From assembly GCA_964276235.1 (NCBI GenBank), contig CAXYEK010000002.1:2115-66114 (forward strand): a stretch of DNA of 64,000 nucleotides, read 5' to 3'. How positions within the stretch are numbered: position 1 is the first letter of the stretch; the number at the start of each line of letters is the position of its first letter. Positions 10,444 to 19,907 of this stretch are shown one piece after another. The notes under the pieces were generated by a model. The model ran no database searches and was not told the origin of the DNA. It saw only the letters and a program-made list of their open reading frames with translations. Source of the stretch: an uncultured SAR86 cluster bacterium. Lineage in GTDB: Bacteria > Pseudomonadota > Gammaproteobacteria > Magnimaribacterales > D2472. A program made the translations under genes and the position numbers.

Positions 10444-11619
10444 ATGAATAGTACGAAAAAATTTGATTTTGTTGTGTATGGCGCAACTGGATTCACTGGG
10501 AAACTGGTTGTAGAGTATCTTGTTTCTAAATATGGAGACGATCAGAACATATCATGGGCTATGGCTGGAAGGAGTATTGAAAAACTTCAATCAGTTAAAG
10601 ATGATATTGGTGTAAATGCTGATATTGAATTAATACAAGTTGATAGTAATGATATTTCAAGTATTGATAATTTAATGTCTCAAACAAGATGTATCTTAAC
10701 TACCGTTGGTCCATATCAACTATATGGTAATCATATAATTGCTGCTTGTGCATCCTCTGGAACTGATTACGTTGATCTTTGTGGAGAGCCTGGTTGGATG
10801 TATGAAAAAATAAGTCAGCATAAAGAGGAAGCTGAAAAATCAGGTGCAAGAATAGTATTTTCTTGCGGTTTTGATAGTATTCCGTTTGATTTAGGTGTTC
10901 TGTTTGCTCAAAATGAAGTGATTAAAAGATATGGTAAACCTTCGTCCAATATTAGAGGAAGAGTGAGAGTTATGGATGGAGAGTTTTCAGGAGGAACTGC
11001 TGCATCTATGGGTGCAACAATGGCTTCTTTAAAAGAAAAACCAGAGTTATTCGAAGTTTTAATTAATCCATTCTCTTTATGTGAGGGATATAAAGGTCCT
11101 GAGCAAGCGGCTGATAGTAAACCTATATTTGACGAAAAATTAGATACATGGGTAGCTCCATTTTTCATGGCTCCAATAAATACAAAAAATGTTCATCGAT
11201 CTAACGCTTTAATGAATCATTCTTATGGAAAAGATTTTTGTTACAACGAAATGTGGGTCTCTGGTCCTGGAGATGAGGGTAAAGCTGTTGCTGATGCTAT
11301 GGCTTCTGTTAATCCAATGGGTGGCAAGGATGGTCCAAAACCTGGTGAAGGTCCTTCAAGAGAATCAAGAGAGAATGGCAGTTATGATGTTTTATTTTGC
11401 GCAGATATTGCTGAACAATCCGTTCATGTATCAGTAAAAGGAGATATGGATCCTGGTTATGGCTCGACATCTAAAATGATTACTGAAAGTGCAATATGTC
11501 TTGTAAAAGAATGTGAAGAACTTGTTGGAGGAATCTATACTCCCGCATCTTCAATGGGCGAAAAGTTAATAAAAAGACTTGAAATGAGTGCCGGCCTAAC
11601 TTTTAAAATAGAGAATTGA
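10444..11619 (+). CDS. Saccharopine dehydrogenase-like oxidoreductase (SCCPDH / trans-acting enoyl reductase type)
   Basis: YGATGFTG, TTVGPYQLYG, YVDLCGE, CGFDSIPFDLG, DPGYGSTSKM. Confidence 0.85.
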   Translation: MNSTKKFDFVVYGATGFTGKLVVEYLVSKYGDDQNISWAMAGRSIEKLQSVKDDIGVNADIELIQVDSNDISSIDNLMSQTRCILTTVGPYQLYGNHIIAACASSGTDYVDLCGEPGWMYEKISQHKEEAEKSGARIVFSCGFDSIPFDLGVLFAQNEVIKRYGKPSSNIRGRVRVMDGEFSGGTAASMGATMASLKEKPELFEVLINPFSLCEGYKGPEQAADSKPIFDEKLDTWVAPFFMAPINTKNVHRSNALMNHSYGKDFCYNEMWVSGPGDEGKAVADAMASVNPMGGKDGPKPGEGPSRESRENGSYDVLFCADIAEQSVHVSVKGDMDPGYGSTSKMITESAICLVKECEELVGGIYTPASSMGEKLIKRLEMSAGLTFKIEN

Positions 11620-12050
11620 TGATTGAAAAGAATATACAAAAATGGCATCAATTAATTAAGGGTGACTTTCCTGGAGGCTATGATGAGTTATTAGCTGACG
11701 ATGTCATTTTTTATTCTCCTGTTGTATTCACACCTCAAAAAGGAAAAGATTTAGCTAAGTTATATTTAATGGCAGCAGGAAATACTTTTGGTGGTGATGA
11801 ATCTAGTAACGAAGGCGAATTAAAAGATTCAAGTTTCCATTATACAAAAGAAGTTTTGAATGGAAGTCAGGCAATTCTAGAATTTGAGACTCAGATTGAT
11901 GGAAAATATATAAATGGAGTCGATATAATAACCTTTAATGACGAAGGCAGGATTTCAGAATTCAAAGTGATGATAAGGCCACTTCAAGCAGTTAATATTA
12001 TCCATATGCAAATGCAAAAAATGCTAGAAGAATTTAAAAACCATGAGTGA
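11619..12050 (+). CDS. SnoaL/NTF2-like protein
   Basis: LLADDVIFYSPVVFTPQKGK, INGVDII, EFKVMIRPLQA. Confidence 0.85.
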   Translation: MIEKNIQKWHQLIKGDFPGGYDELLADDVIFYSPVVFTPQKGKDLAKLYLMAAGNTFGGDESSNEGELKDSSFHYTKEVLNGSQAILEFETQIDGKYINGVDIITFNDEGRISEFKVMIRPLQAVNIIHMQMQKMLEEFKNHE

Positions 12051-12393
12051 TTATGTAATCTATCATAATCCAAGATGCAGTAAGTCTAGACAAACTCTAA
12101 ATATTCTTCAGGAGCATGCCTGTAATTATGAGATTTTCCTTTACTTGGAAATAAAGCTTACTAATTTAATTATTAAAGACTTATTAAAAAAATTGAACAT
12201 GAAGCCTAGAGATTTGCTTAGAAAAAGTGAATTAGATTTCAAGAATAATAATCTAGAGAGTGACATTCATTCTGATGAGGATTTGATAAATTTTATGATC
12301 AGATTCCCTAAAATTATTGAAAGACCAATAGTGATTAAAGAGAATAGGGCAGTTTTGGGCCGACCTCCTGAGAATGTTCTAGAGTTACTCTAA
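12043..12393 (+). CDS. arsC: Arsenate reductase (glutaredoxin) / ArsC-Spx family protein
   Basis: IYHNPRCSKSR, IERPIV, GRPPENV. Confidence 0.85.
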   Translation: MSDYVIYHNPRCSKSRQTLNILQEHACNYEIFLYLEIKLTNLIIKDLLKKLNMKPRDLLRKSELDFKNNNLESDIHSDEDLINFMIRFPKIIERPIVIKENRAVLGRPPENVLELL

Positions 12394-12777
12394 ATCTCCT
12401 TTTTCCCTTAATTCTTTTCTTATTTTTGTTGCACTAATTGAGTGTATTTGTTCATCAAAAATCTCTTCTTCAAAAACATATCCAACACCTCTTCCATAAG
12501 AAATATTAACAATATTTGGCACCATCATGATTTCGTATTCAATCCCTCTAGTATATCCATCTTTAGAAAGACCAATTTCGATATTTTTACAAACAACATC
12601 CCAATCAAAAGGATTATCGTCCTGTCCATCTCCTCCAGATGCGCCTGCAACATCTCTTACTTGTATTGCGACCTGCCCAGTTTTCGCAACACATCTTTTG
12701 AATAGCTCTTGATGGCCTTGATGCCATGGTTGCCATCTTCCTAACATTTGGACAGTTGGTTTTTTCCAATCAAACAT
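12385..12777 (-). CDS. Minimal HxGH nucleotidyltransferase (cytidylyltransferase-like/NadM-like)
   Basis: GRWQPWHQGH (HxGH), DNPF, ISATKIR (SxT/KMSK-like). Confidence 0.8.
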   Translation of the reverse strand: MFDWKKPTVQMLGRWQPWHQGHQELFKRCVAKTGQVAIQVRDVAGASGGDGQDDNPFDWDVVCKNIEIGLSKDGYTRGIEYEIMMVPNIVNISYGRGVGYVFEEEIFDEQIHSISATKIRKELREKGDLE

Positions 12778-13180
12778 TTTTTAATAGTTCCTGTGCAATT
12801 TCATTATGATTTTTATCATTCATTTCAGTTACGTGAAAGTCTACTTTTATAGGCTCTTCAAACATTTTATTAGTATCTTCAAAACGTCCTTCCTTAATAG
12901 TATTCATCCATATAACAATATCAGGATCAAAATTATCTTGAGTATCCTTTGTTGGGCAAACAAAGTCACATATAACTATTCTATTATTTTCTTTTTCAAA
13001 ATCAGCAAAAGTTCTCATTCTCATGCTCTGTCTAATTCTACCTTCTGGAGAAAAATCCCAATCATTTGCCATTTCTCTTACTTTATCAGCGTTATACCAT
13101 GCAGCTTCAAGAAGTGGCTGTAGTCTTTCTGCTAAGTAGGTCTTACCACTGCCTGGAAGGCCCATTATTAGTATTTTCAT
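12770..13180 (-). CDS. Minimal adenylyl-sulfate kinase (CysC)-like P-loop kinase
   Basis: GLPGSGKT P-loop, NADKVR (cf. DGDxxR), DWDFSPEGR (cf. DLGFSxEDR), FEEP; only 136 aa. Confidence 0.75.
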   Translation of the reverse strand: MKILIMGLPGSGKTYLAERLQPLLEAAWYNADKVREMANDWDFSPEGRIRQSMRMRTFADFEKENNRIVICDFVCPTKDTQDNFDPDIVIWMNTIKEGRFEDTNKMFEEPIKVDFHVTEMNDKNHNEIAQELLKNV

Positions 13181-13182
13181 TA

Positions 13183-14281
13183 TTATTTAATCTTTTTTAT
13201 TGCGAAGAGCTCATTTTTAAAATGCATTTTATCCTCTTTAGAGATAGCAAGACGAACTTTTTTTAACAAAGATGGATTTTTTTCAACTTCTTGAATATCT
13301 TTTTCAGGAATTTGACCAACATATAGAATATTTGCCCATTTAGCATCTAAACCATGACCAAAAAGCTCAGAAACTGTTTGATCAGGTATTCGCTTAAATT
13401 TAAAACTATATGACTTTGGTTTTGAAAAGGTATATCTACTATTTTCACCAACTGGATTATCCTGAAGATAATTAATTATATCTTTTCCTTTAGTTGGAAA
13501 AGGGTCTGAACCTTTCCAAACCTGACGAAGAATTCTTTCAACAGAATCGTCCCCACATGAATGAGTAACTAATAACTTACCAGATTTATTTAAAAGCCTC
13601 ATCAAAGGCCCAATAACATTATTAACTTTTACCTTAACACTTGATGCAGCCCTGTATGCCTGAGAGGCAATTATTAAGTCGTAGTTATTATCTTCATAGT
13701 CGTTATCAAGGAAAGGTTCTATATATCTTTTATGATCCTCTCTATAAATTCTAATTAAACATGGGTTTGAATATGAGGTTCTTGATTTTGAATCAATTTC
13801 TATACCCCAATATTTTTTGATAAAGCTTCCAAGGTTATTAATTTGTTGATGGAAATCAAAAGAATTATCAGCTTTCAATACCAGGTTATATTTTTTTATA
13901 TTTTTATCTTTTAATTTTTTTGAGTTTTCTATATGCCCAAGCTCTGCAAATTTAACATTCGTCATTGTAACCATCATATTAGGATGTTCTACGAATCTAT
14001 CTGGCATCTTGTCTAGGGTATTTTTAAGATCTTCATAACTAATTTCTTTACCGGTAATAAGTAATGAGGTGTATGGATGATACTTATGAAAACATTTAAT
14101 TAAGTTTGATTTAATCGTCCCATCACCAGTCCCGGCATCAAGAACTCTCATGAAAGTTTTGTTTTGAGCTAGACTTTTTATGTGGGGGTATAGCTCATTA
14201 GAAATGGCTCTTTTTTCGCCAGTATTTTGAATAAATGATAGAGTACTTTAATCTATCGTCAAAAAATCTTTTTTTCCCCAT
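13183..14281 (-). CDS. Class I SAM-dependent methyltransferase-fold protein of unknown function, interrupted by a single extra base near 14242 (artefact, pseudogene or recoding)
   Basis: VLDAGTGDGT motif I and GKEIS acidic motif. ATG at 14281 with SD AAGGGGG gives MGKKRFFDDRLKY; the +1 frame continues LSFIQNTGEKRAISNELYPHIKSLAQNKTF into the listed 322-aa ORF. Confidence 0.7.
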
Positions 14282-14390
14282 TATTCCCCCTTTTTATTAC
14301 TATATATTAATTTTTAAATACCTCAATAATGCATTTACGTATAGGTTATTTTGGGATTAAAATACTCTGAGATTACATAGGAGTATCTAA

Positions 14391-15554
14391 ATGTCAGAAG
14401 AAACAAAAATGCCTTTATTGATAGGTATTGGTGCAAGAATAAGAAAGTCACCATATTTCGACTCCACCATTAAATATGGAGTAACTGGTTTTACTATTTA
14501 CAATAAAATGTATCTACCTACAGGGTTTGCTGGTCCAGAAGCAGAATATAACAGCCTTATTAATGATGTAACTTTTGGTGACTTTGCAGCTGAAAGACAG
14601 GTTGAGGTATCAGGTCCTGATGCATATGATTTTGTAAGACTTATAACTCCTAGAAATCTTTCAAAATGTGAGATTGGTCATTGTAAATATATAATTTTGA
14701 CTGACCAAGATGGCGGTATTGTTAATGACGCTTGCCTGTTAAGACTAGAATTGGATAAATTTTGGATATCTCCTGGCGATGGTGATGTTTCATTATGGCT
14801 TCAAGGAATTGCAATTAATTCTGGAATGGATGTAAAGATACATGAGCCTGATGTCTCACCTCTTCAAATAAGCGGCCCTAAGGCTGGAAAATTAATACAA
14901 AAATTATTTAATGGAATCCATGACGACTTAGGCTATTACAAGGCTAGAGAAACAAAACTTGGCAATATACCAATGGTCATTGCTAGAACAGGTTGGAGTG
15001 GAGAGTTAAGTTATGAGCTCTATCTTCAAGATAGGAAATTAGGAAATGAATTATTTGAAATGGTATATGAAGCAGCTAAAGAATTTAATGCTGCAGTAAT
15101 AGCCCCTAACAACATTAGAACTATTGAGGGTGGTCTTCTTTCATATCAAAGTGATTTTGGTAGAGAGCATAATCCATTCACTATCGGGCTAGATAGGTTG
15201 GTTGATTTAGATCAGGATATTGATTTTATTGGTAAAGAGGCTCTAAAAAAGATTAAAGAAAAAGGAATTTCAAAAAAACTTATAGGACTTGAGATAGATG
15301 GAGATCCTATTTACAAGGTTCCAGAAAATTTTTGGCCAATATATGACGATAATGATAAAAAAATAGGCAGAGTATCTAGATGCGTATTTTCGCCTAGACT
15401 CAATAGAAATATAGGATTGGCAATAATTGATGTTGACCATTCTGAGCCAGGAAATCCTGTTTTAATTGAATCTCCCCGAACAGAACATAAATTAACTGCA
15501 AGAGTTCATGAGCTTCCATGGTTTCCCGCAGAGAAAAATACGAATCTAGATTAA
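14391..15554 (+). CDS. GcvT-family aminomethyltransferase, DmdA (DMSP demethylase)-like
   Basis: RIRKSPYF, YNKMYLP, AAERQVEVSGPDA, GGIVND, ARTGWSGELSYE, RTIEGGLLSY; SD AGGAG. Confidence 0.8.
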   Translation: MSEETKMPLLIGIGARIRKSPYFDSTIKYGVTGFTIYNKMYLPTGFAGPEAEYNSLINDVTFGDFAAERQVEVSGPDAYDFVRLITPRNLSKCEIGHCKYIILTDQDGGIVNDACLLRLELDKFWISPGDGDVSLWLQGIAINSGMDVKIHEPDVSPLQISGPKAGKLIQKLFNGIHDDLGYYKARETKLGNIPMVIARTGWSGELSYELYLQDRKLGNELFEMVYEAAKEFNAAVIAPNNIRTIEGGLLSYQSDFGREHNPFTIGLDRLVDLDQDIDFIGKEALKKIKEKGISKKLIGLEIDGDPIYKVPENFWPIYDDNDKKIGRVSRCVFSPRLNRNIGLAIIDVDHSEPGNPVLIESPRTEHKLTARVHELPWFPAEKNTNLD

Positions 15555-16081
15555 TGTTTATAAAAATAAAATTATTCTGCATACTTTTCTTTTCAATAAA
15601 TGGTTTTGCCATGGTTATAGATAATTTAGATGATACAAGAGCTAGATGGGATGCTATATCTGATAATGTTATGGGCGGAGTTTCTGAAGTAAATTTTTAT
15701 GAAATGAATGATGGCTCTACAAATTTTTATAGGCTTGAAGGGTCGGTAAGTACTAAAAACAATGGTGGCTTTATTCAGTCCAGAACAAATGTAAATTTTA
15801 ATTCCAATGAATTTACTGGAGTAAGAATAAAAATAAGAGGAAATGGTAATGAATATTATGTCAATCTAAGACGTCCCAGAATGATGCCGTGGAATTATTT
15901 TACAGCTAAGTTTTATGCATCAGAAGATTGGCAAGTAATAGATCTGCCATTAAGTTCGTTCACTTACTCAAGAAACCCTAATATAGGATTAGGTTCTGCA
16001 AGAATAAGGTCATTAGCAATAGTTGCGTACGGTAAAGATTTTGAAGCCCAGCTAGACATTGCAAGCGTAGAACTTTATTAA
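15554..16081 (+). CDS. CIA30-family (CBM11-like fold) exported protein
   Basis: ISDNVMGGVS, GSVSTKNNGGFIQ, RGNGNEY; signal peptide from ATG 15554 (TAATG overlap). Confidence 0.85.
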   Translation: MFIKIKLFCILFFSINGFAMVIDNLDDTRARWDAISDNVMGGVSEVNFYEMNDGSTNFYRLEGSVSTKNNGGFIQSRTNVNFNSNEFTGVRIKIRGNGNEYYVNLRRPRMMPWNYFTAKFYASEDWQVIDLPLSSFTYSRNPNIGLGSARIRSLAIVAYGKDFEAQLDIASVELY

Positions 16082-16087
16082 AATAAA

Positions 16088-16543
16088 ATGGCTATAGAAC
16101 AAGATAAGTCTTTTATGAGACTTGCATTGGATGAAGCTAAAAAATCTTATTCTTCAAATGAGGTACCTATCGGAGCTGTTATTGTTTTAAATGAGAAGGT
16201 TATTGGAAGAGGGCACAATGAAGTTATTAAACAAAATGATGTCTCTTCACATGCTGAGATTAATGCAATAAGAGATGCCTCCAACACTATAGATAACTAC
16301 AGACTCAATAACTCAACTATATTTATAACATTAGAGCCTTGTCACATGTGCGCCAAAGCAATTGTAGATGCAAGGATTGATAGGGTGGTATTTGCCGCAT
16401 CGGAACCAAAAACAGGAAGCTTAATTTCCATAGACAATCTTTATGATAGATTAGATTTTAATCATAAGGTTAATTTTGAATATGGGTTATTAGAAGAAGA
16501 GTCCGCAAACCTTTTAAAAAATTTTTTTAAAGAAAGAAGGTAA
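16088..16543 (+). CDS. tadA: tRNA adenosine(34) deaminase
   Basis: EVPIGAV, HAE, TLEPCHMC, FFKERR. Confidence 0.9.
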   Translation: MAIEQDKSFMRLALDEAKKSYSSNEVPIGAVIVLNEKVIGRGHNEVIKQNDVSSHAEINAIRDASNTIDNYRLNNSTIFITLEPCHMCAKAIVDARIDRVVFAASEPKTGSLISIDNLYDRLDFNHKVNFEYGLLEEESANLLKNFFKERR

Positions 16544-16551
16544 GCAGCTTC

Positions 16552-16995
16552 TTAAATTAAATTTTTTTCCATAGAGCTATGAGGTATTTCTATATCTGAC
16601 TCATAGGGACCTATTTCAGAGTAGCCCAATGACTCATAAAACTTTATTGCTTCTGCTCTTGCATTAAGAACAACTTTTTTTACTCCTTGGAGAAGAGCTT
16701 TAGATTCTAGCTCTAATACCATTGCCGAGCCTATGCCAGTTCTTCTATGATTTGAAGATACTCCCATATATCGTATTTGAGCTTCAAGAGAATTATTTAA
16801 GTGAAGCCTGCCACAAGAAATTATATTATTCTTATTATCTATACCCATTAAATGTAAGCTTTCATCTTCCAATTCATCTTTCAATGGTATGTGAGATAGT
16901 TTGAGTGGTTTTCTTAATATTTCCCACCTAAAAGCATCATAGTCTTTCCATTCTTGCTCTGTGCTAGGCGATCTTATTTGAAAGTTATCGCTCAT
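16552..16995 (-). CDS. GNAT acetyltransferase (YiiD N-terminal-like)
   Basis: RWEILRKPL, AQIRYMGV, RRTGIGS, LNARAEAIKFYESLGY. Confidence 0.85.
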   Translation of the reverse strand: MSDNFQIRSPSTEQEWKDYDAFRWEILRKPLKLSHIPLKDELEDESLHLMGIDNKNNIISCGRLHLNNSLEAQIRYMGVSSNHRRTGIGSAMVLELESKALLQGVKKVVLNARAEAIKFYESLGYSEIGPYESDIEIPHSSMEKNLI

Positions 16996-17009
16996 GAATT
17001 TAATAATAT

Positions 17010-17822
17010 TTAAAGATCTAGATCAATCCAAACTGGACAATGGTCTGATGGTTTCTCCATAGCTCGTGATTCATAATCAATCCCAACATCTTTAATCGAG
17101 TCTTTAAGATTATTAGAAACCATAATATGATCGATTCTTAGACCTCTTTTAGGATTATCGTCAAACATTCTAGATCTATAATCAAACCATGAATAAATTG
17201 AGGAATCGTTTGGATATTTCTCTCTCCACGAATCAACAAAACCAAGATCCTTAATACTATTCCACATCTCTATTTCTTGCGGTTGAAATGAAGTTTTACC
17301 AGACTTCAACCATCTATTAATACTCTCTGGAAGGATACCGATATCAATATCTTCAGGTGCAACATTAAAATCTCCCATCACAATGAGATTTTCCTGTTTT
17401 TTTTGTAAATCCATTATGTGTTTTTTCAAATCAGCATAGTATTTAATTTTTTTTGGAAATTTAGTTTCATGATGAATACTTTCACCTTGAGGGAAATAAC
17501 CATTCATGATGGTTATTTCTTTTCCATTAGACGTAAACGTACATTCTATAAATCTTTTTTGATCTTCCTCTGTATCTTTCTTAAAACCTTTAACAGTTTT
17601 ATTTGGCTTTTCTTTGCTTAAAAACGCCACTCCATAATGACCTTTTTGTCCCCAATATTCTGGATGGTAGCCAATCTCTTCAATTACCTCTAAGGGAAAG
17701 TCCGGATCATTTACTTTTGTCTCTTGAAGACCAATAACATCTGGATCTAGAGTATCTCTGAGATGAATAAGTTGATGAGGCCTTGCTCTAATACTATTTA
17801 TATTGAATGAAACTACTTTCAT
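17010..17822 (-). CDS. xthA: Exodeoxyribonuclease III
   Basis: SFNINSIRAR, LQETK, MGDFNVAP, GLRIDH, SDHCP. Confidence 0.95.
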   Translation of the reverse strand: MKVVSFNINSIRARPHQLIHLRDTLDPDVIGLQETKVNDPDFPLEVIEEIGYHPEYWGQKGHYGVAFLSKEKPNKTVKGFKKDTEEDQKRFIECTFTSNGKEITIMNGYFPQGESIHHETKFPKKIKYYADLKKHIMDLQKKQENLIVMGDFNVAPEDIDIGILPESINRWLKSGKTSFQPQEIEMWNSIKDLGFVDSWREKYPNDSSIYSWFDYRSRMFDDNPKRGLRIDHIMVSNNLKDSIKDVGIDYESRAMEKPSDHCPVWIDLDL

Positions 17823-17826
17823 ATTG

Positions 17827-19899
17827 TTAGTCTACTTTAGTTATTATTATTTTTTTATTTAAATTCAGAAAATCTTCCATTATATTTATTGACTCAATGA
17901 GTAAATAATCTTCTTCTAAATTAATTGTATCCACTTCAACTAAATCATCTTCTTTGTCATTTTCATTTTCTAAATCCTCAAAGGTACCAAATATATCTAA
18001 GTTAAGAGAAATTCTTCTTTGATTCTCAATATTTAATAACCACAATTTTCTTAAATCTTTTTCATATTCTCTATTTTTAATATTAAGAGTTAGATATTTT
18101 TTATTCTGGTTTTCGTCATATCTTTTTCTTACCTCTTCTAAATAATTAAGATTGGGCTCATTAAGAAATCTTTTCGCATAAAGCTCTTTAATATTCTTTA
18201 ACTTATTATTATCAAGAGAAAACAATTTATGCTTATATGCTCGAACAGTATCCCATTCAAGTGCAGATGGGTATGAGCTTTCACCTATAGTCTCTATATC
18301 CCATGTTGCTGGAAGATTAATATCAGGAAGAACTCCTTTATTCTGTGTACTTGTTCCGTTAACTCTATAATATTTTGATTCTGTGATTTTTATTTGTCCC
18401 TTGGATAGATCCTCTAATACTTGAACCGTTCCTTTTCCAAATGTTCTTTGTCCTACAATTAGTCCTCTTTGATAGTCCTGTATAGCGCCTGCAACTATTT
18501 CTGATGCAGATGCAGAATATCGATTTACTAAAACTACCATAGGCTTATCCCAAACCTGAAGGGCTCTTCTATCTCCATATGGTTGAATACGCCCAGTCTT
18601 ATGTTTTACTTGAACAGTAGGACCAGAGGCAACAAATAAGCCAATAATCTTATTTGCCTCCATTAAAGCTCCGCCTCCATTATTTCTTAAATCAAAAACA
18701 AGAGCTTCAACACCTTCGGCATTAAAATTTTCAAGAATATTTTTGACATCTCCACTACTACTTTTATAGTCCTCAGACCTTTCTTGATATGCTTTAAAAT
18801 CAAAATAAAATGATGGAAGATCAATAATTCCAATTTTTTGACCATCATCATTTAGATAAATTTTAGACTTAGCTGCACGGTCCTCTAACTTAATCTCTTC
18901 TCTTTTTAATGTTACTAATTTTCTTTCGTTTAAAGAGGATTTTGATGAGATAAATTCAATTTCAACTTCAGTGCCAGCTTCACCTCTTATAAGGTCGACA
19001 ACCTCATCTATTCTCCATCCAACAACATCGACATATTCAGAGGAATCTTTTTGACGAATTCTTGTTATCCTATCGTCAGGTAATATTTTTCCAGATTTTT
19101 TAGCTGGACCTCCAGGAACTAGGCTAACAATTTTTGTATAATCATCCTCTACACCAAGAAGGGCACCAATTCCTTCTAGCTTAAGACTCATGTTCATATC
19201 GAAATCTTCAGCTGATCTAGGCGATAGATATGAAGAGTGAGGATCAAACTGATTAGCAAGAGTATTTATAGCAATTGAAAAAATATCCTCTTCTTTTTGT
19301 TGATGAACTCTTCTTATTCTATTTTTATATCTTTTAACAAGGTCTTCCTTTGGTGAATCTGAAAGCTCATCAGAAATCATTGCAACTAATAGATCATTTT
19401 TTGTTTGAAGCCTCCAAATTTCATATAGCTCACTCTCATTATTAACCCAATGATTATCTTCATAATAAATATCAAGAAATTCATCAATTTCGAAGTTAAA
19501 AGAGTCTTCTTGTATAGTTAGTATTTGATATTCTGATAATTCAGTTAGCCTTTTAAAATATAAATTAATGATCGTATAGGCTACATCTATATCAAAACCA
19601 ATTTCTGAATTTATAAGCGATTCTTCTTTGAAAGAATTAATTTCTTGCTCAGTGAAATATACTTTACTTTCATCAAGCCTATCTATCAAAGCTATTACAT
19701 AATTATTATAAAAACTTGAATCGACAAAATTCTTTATGTAGTGTTCTTTTTGAAGTTTATTGAAAATCTCTTCACTTAAATCAATTTTTTCATTACTTAG
19801 GTTGGTTGATACATACTCTTTTGGAACGTATGCATCATTACTGCAAGTAGATACTAAAAATAAAAATAGAAAAAAATAAATGTTTGAATACTTAATCAT
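17827..19899 (-). CDS. prc: Carboxy-terminal processing (tail-specific) protease
   Basis: DPHSSYLSP, PDZ GIGA, DLRNNGGG, SASASEIVAGA, TFGKGTVQ; N-terminal signal/lipobox-like VSTC. Confidence 0.92.
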   Translation of the reverse strand: MIKYSNIYFFLFLFLVSTCSNDAYVPKEYVSTNLSNEKIDLSEEIFNKLQKEHYIKNFVDSSFYNNYVIALIDRLDESKVYFTEQEINSFKEESLINSEIGFDIDVAYTIINLYFKRLTELSEYQILTIQEDSFNFEIDEFLDIYYEDNHWVNNESELYEIWRLQTKNDLLVAMISDELSDSPKEDLVKRYKNRIRRVHQQKEEDIFSIAINTLANQFDPHSSYLSPRSAEDFDMNMSLKLEGIGALLGVEDDYTKIVSLVPGGPAKKSGKILPDDRITRIRQKDSSEYVDVVGWRIDEVVDLIRGEAGTEVEIEFISSKSSLNERKLVTLKREEIKLEDRAAKSKIYLNDDGQKIGIIDLPSFYFDFKAYQERSEDYKSSSGDVKNILENFNAEGVEALVFDLRNNGGGALMEANKIIGLFVASGPTVQVKHKTGRIQPYGDRRALQVWDKPMVVLVNRYSASASEIVAGAIQDYQRGLIVGQRTFGKGTVQVLEDLSKGQIKITESKYYRVNGTSTQNKGVLPDINLPATWDIETIGESSYPSALEWDTVRAYKHKLFSLDNNKLKNIKELYAKRFLNEPNLNYLEEVRKRYDENQNKKYLTLNIKNREYEKDLRKLWLLNIENQRRISLNLDIFGTFEDLENENDKEDDLVEVDTINLEEDYLLIESINIMEDFLNLNKKIIITKVD

Positions 19900-19907
19900 A
19901 AATTATC

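Noticed and set aside
14282-14390. Possible SAM-II/SAM-V riboswitch or SD-sequestering hairpin (ATACTC/GAGTAT) before the DmdA-like gene
   Set aside because: The conserved riboswitch core is not recognisable by eye. The stem is only 6-7 bp and overlaps a likely -10 (TAAAAT). An Infernal scan would be needed.
14391-15554. Assigning the gene symbol dmdA or gcvT
   Set aside because: The family is clear, but DmdA-like paralogues have varied substrates and no gcvH/gcvP is adjacent. A phylogeny is required.
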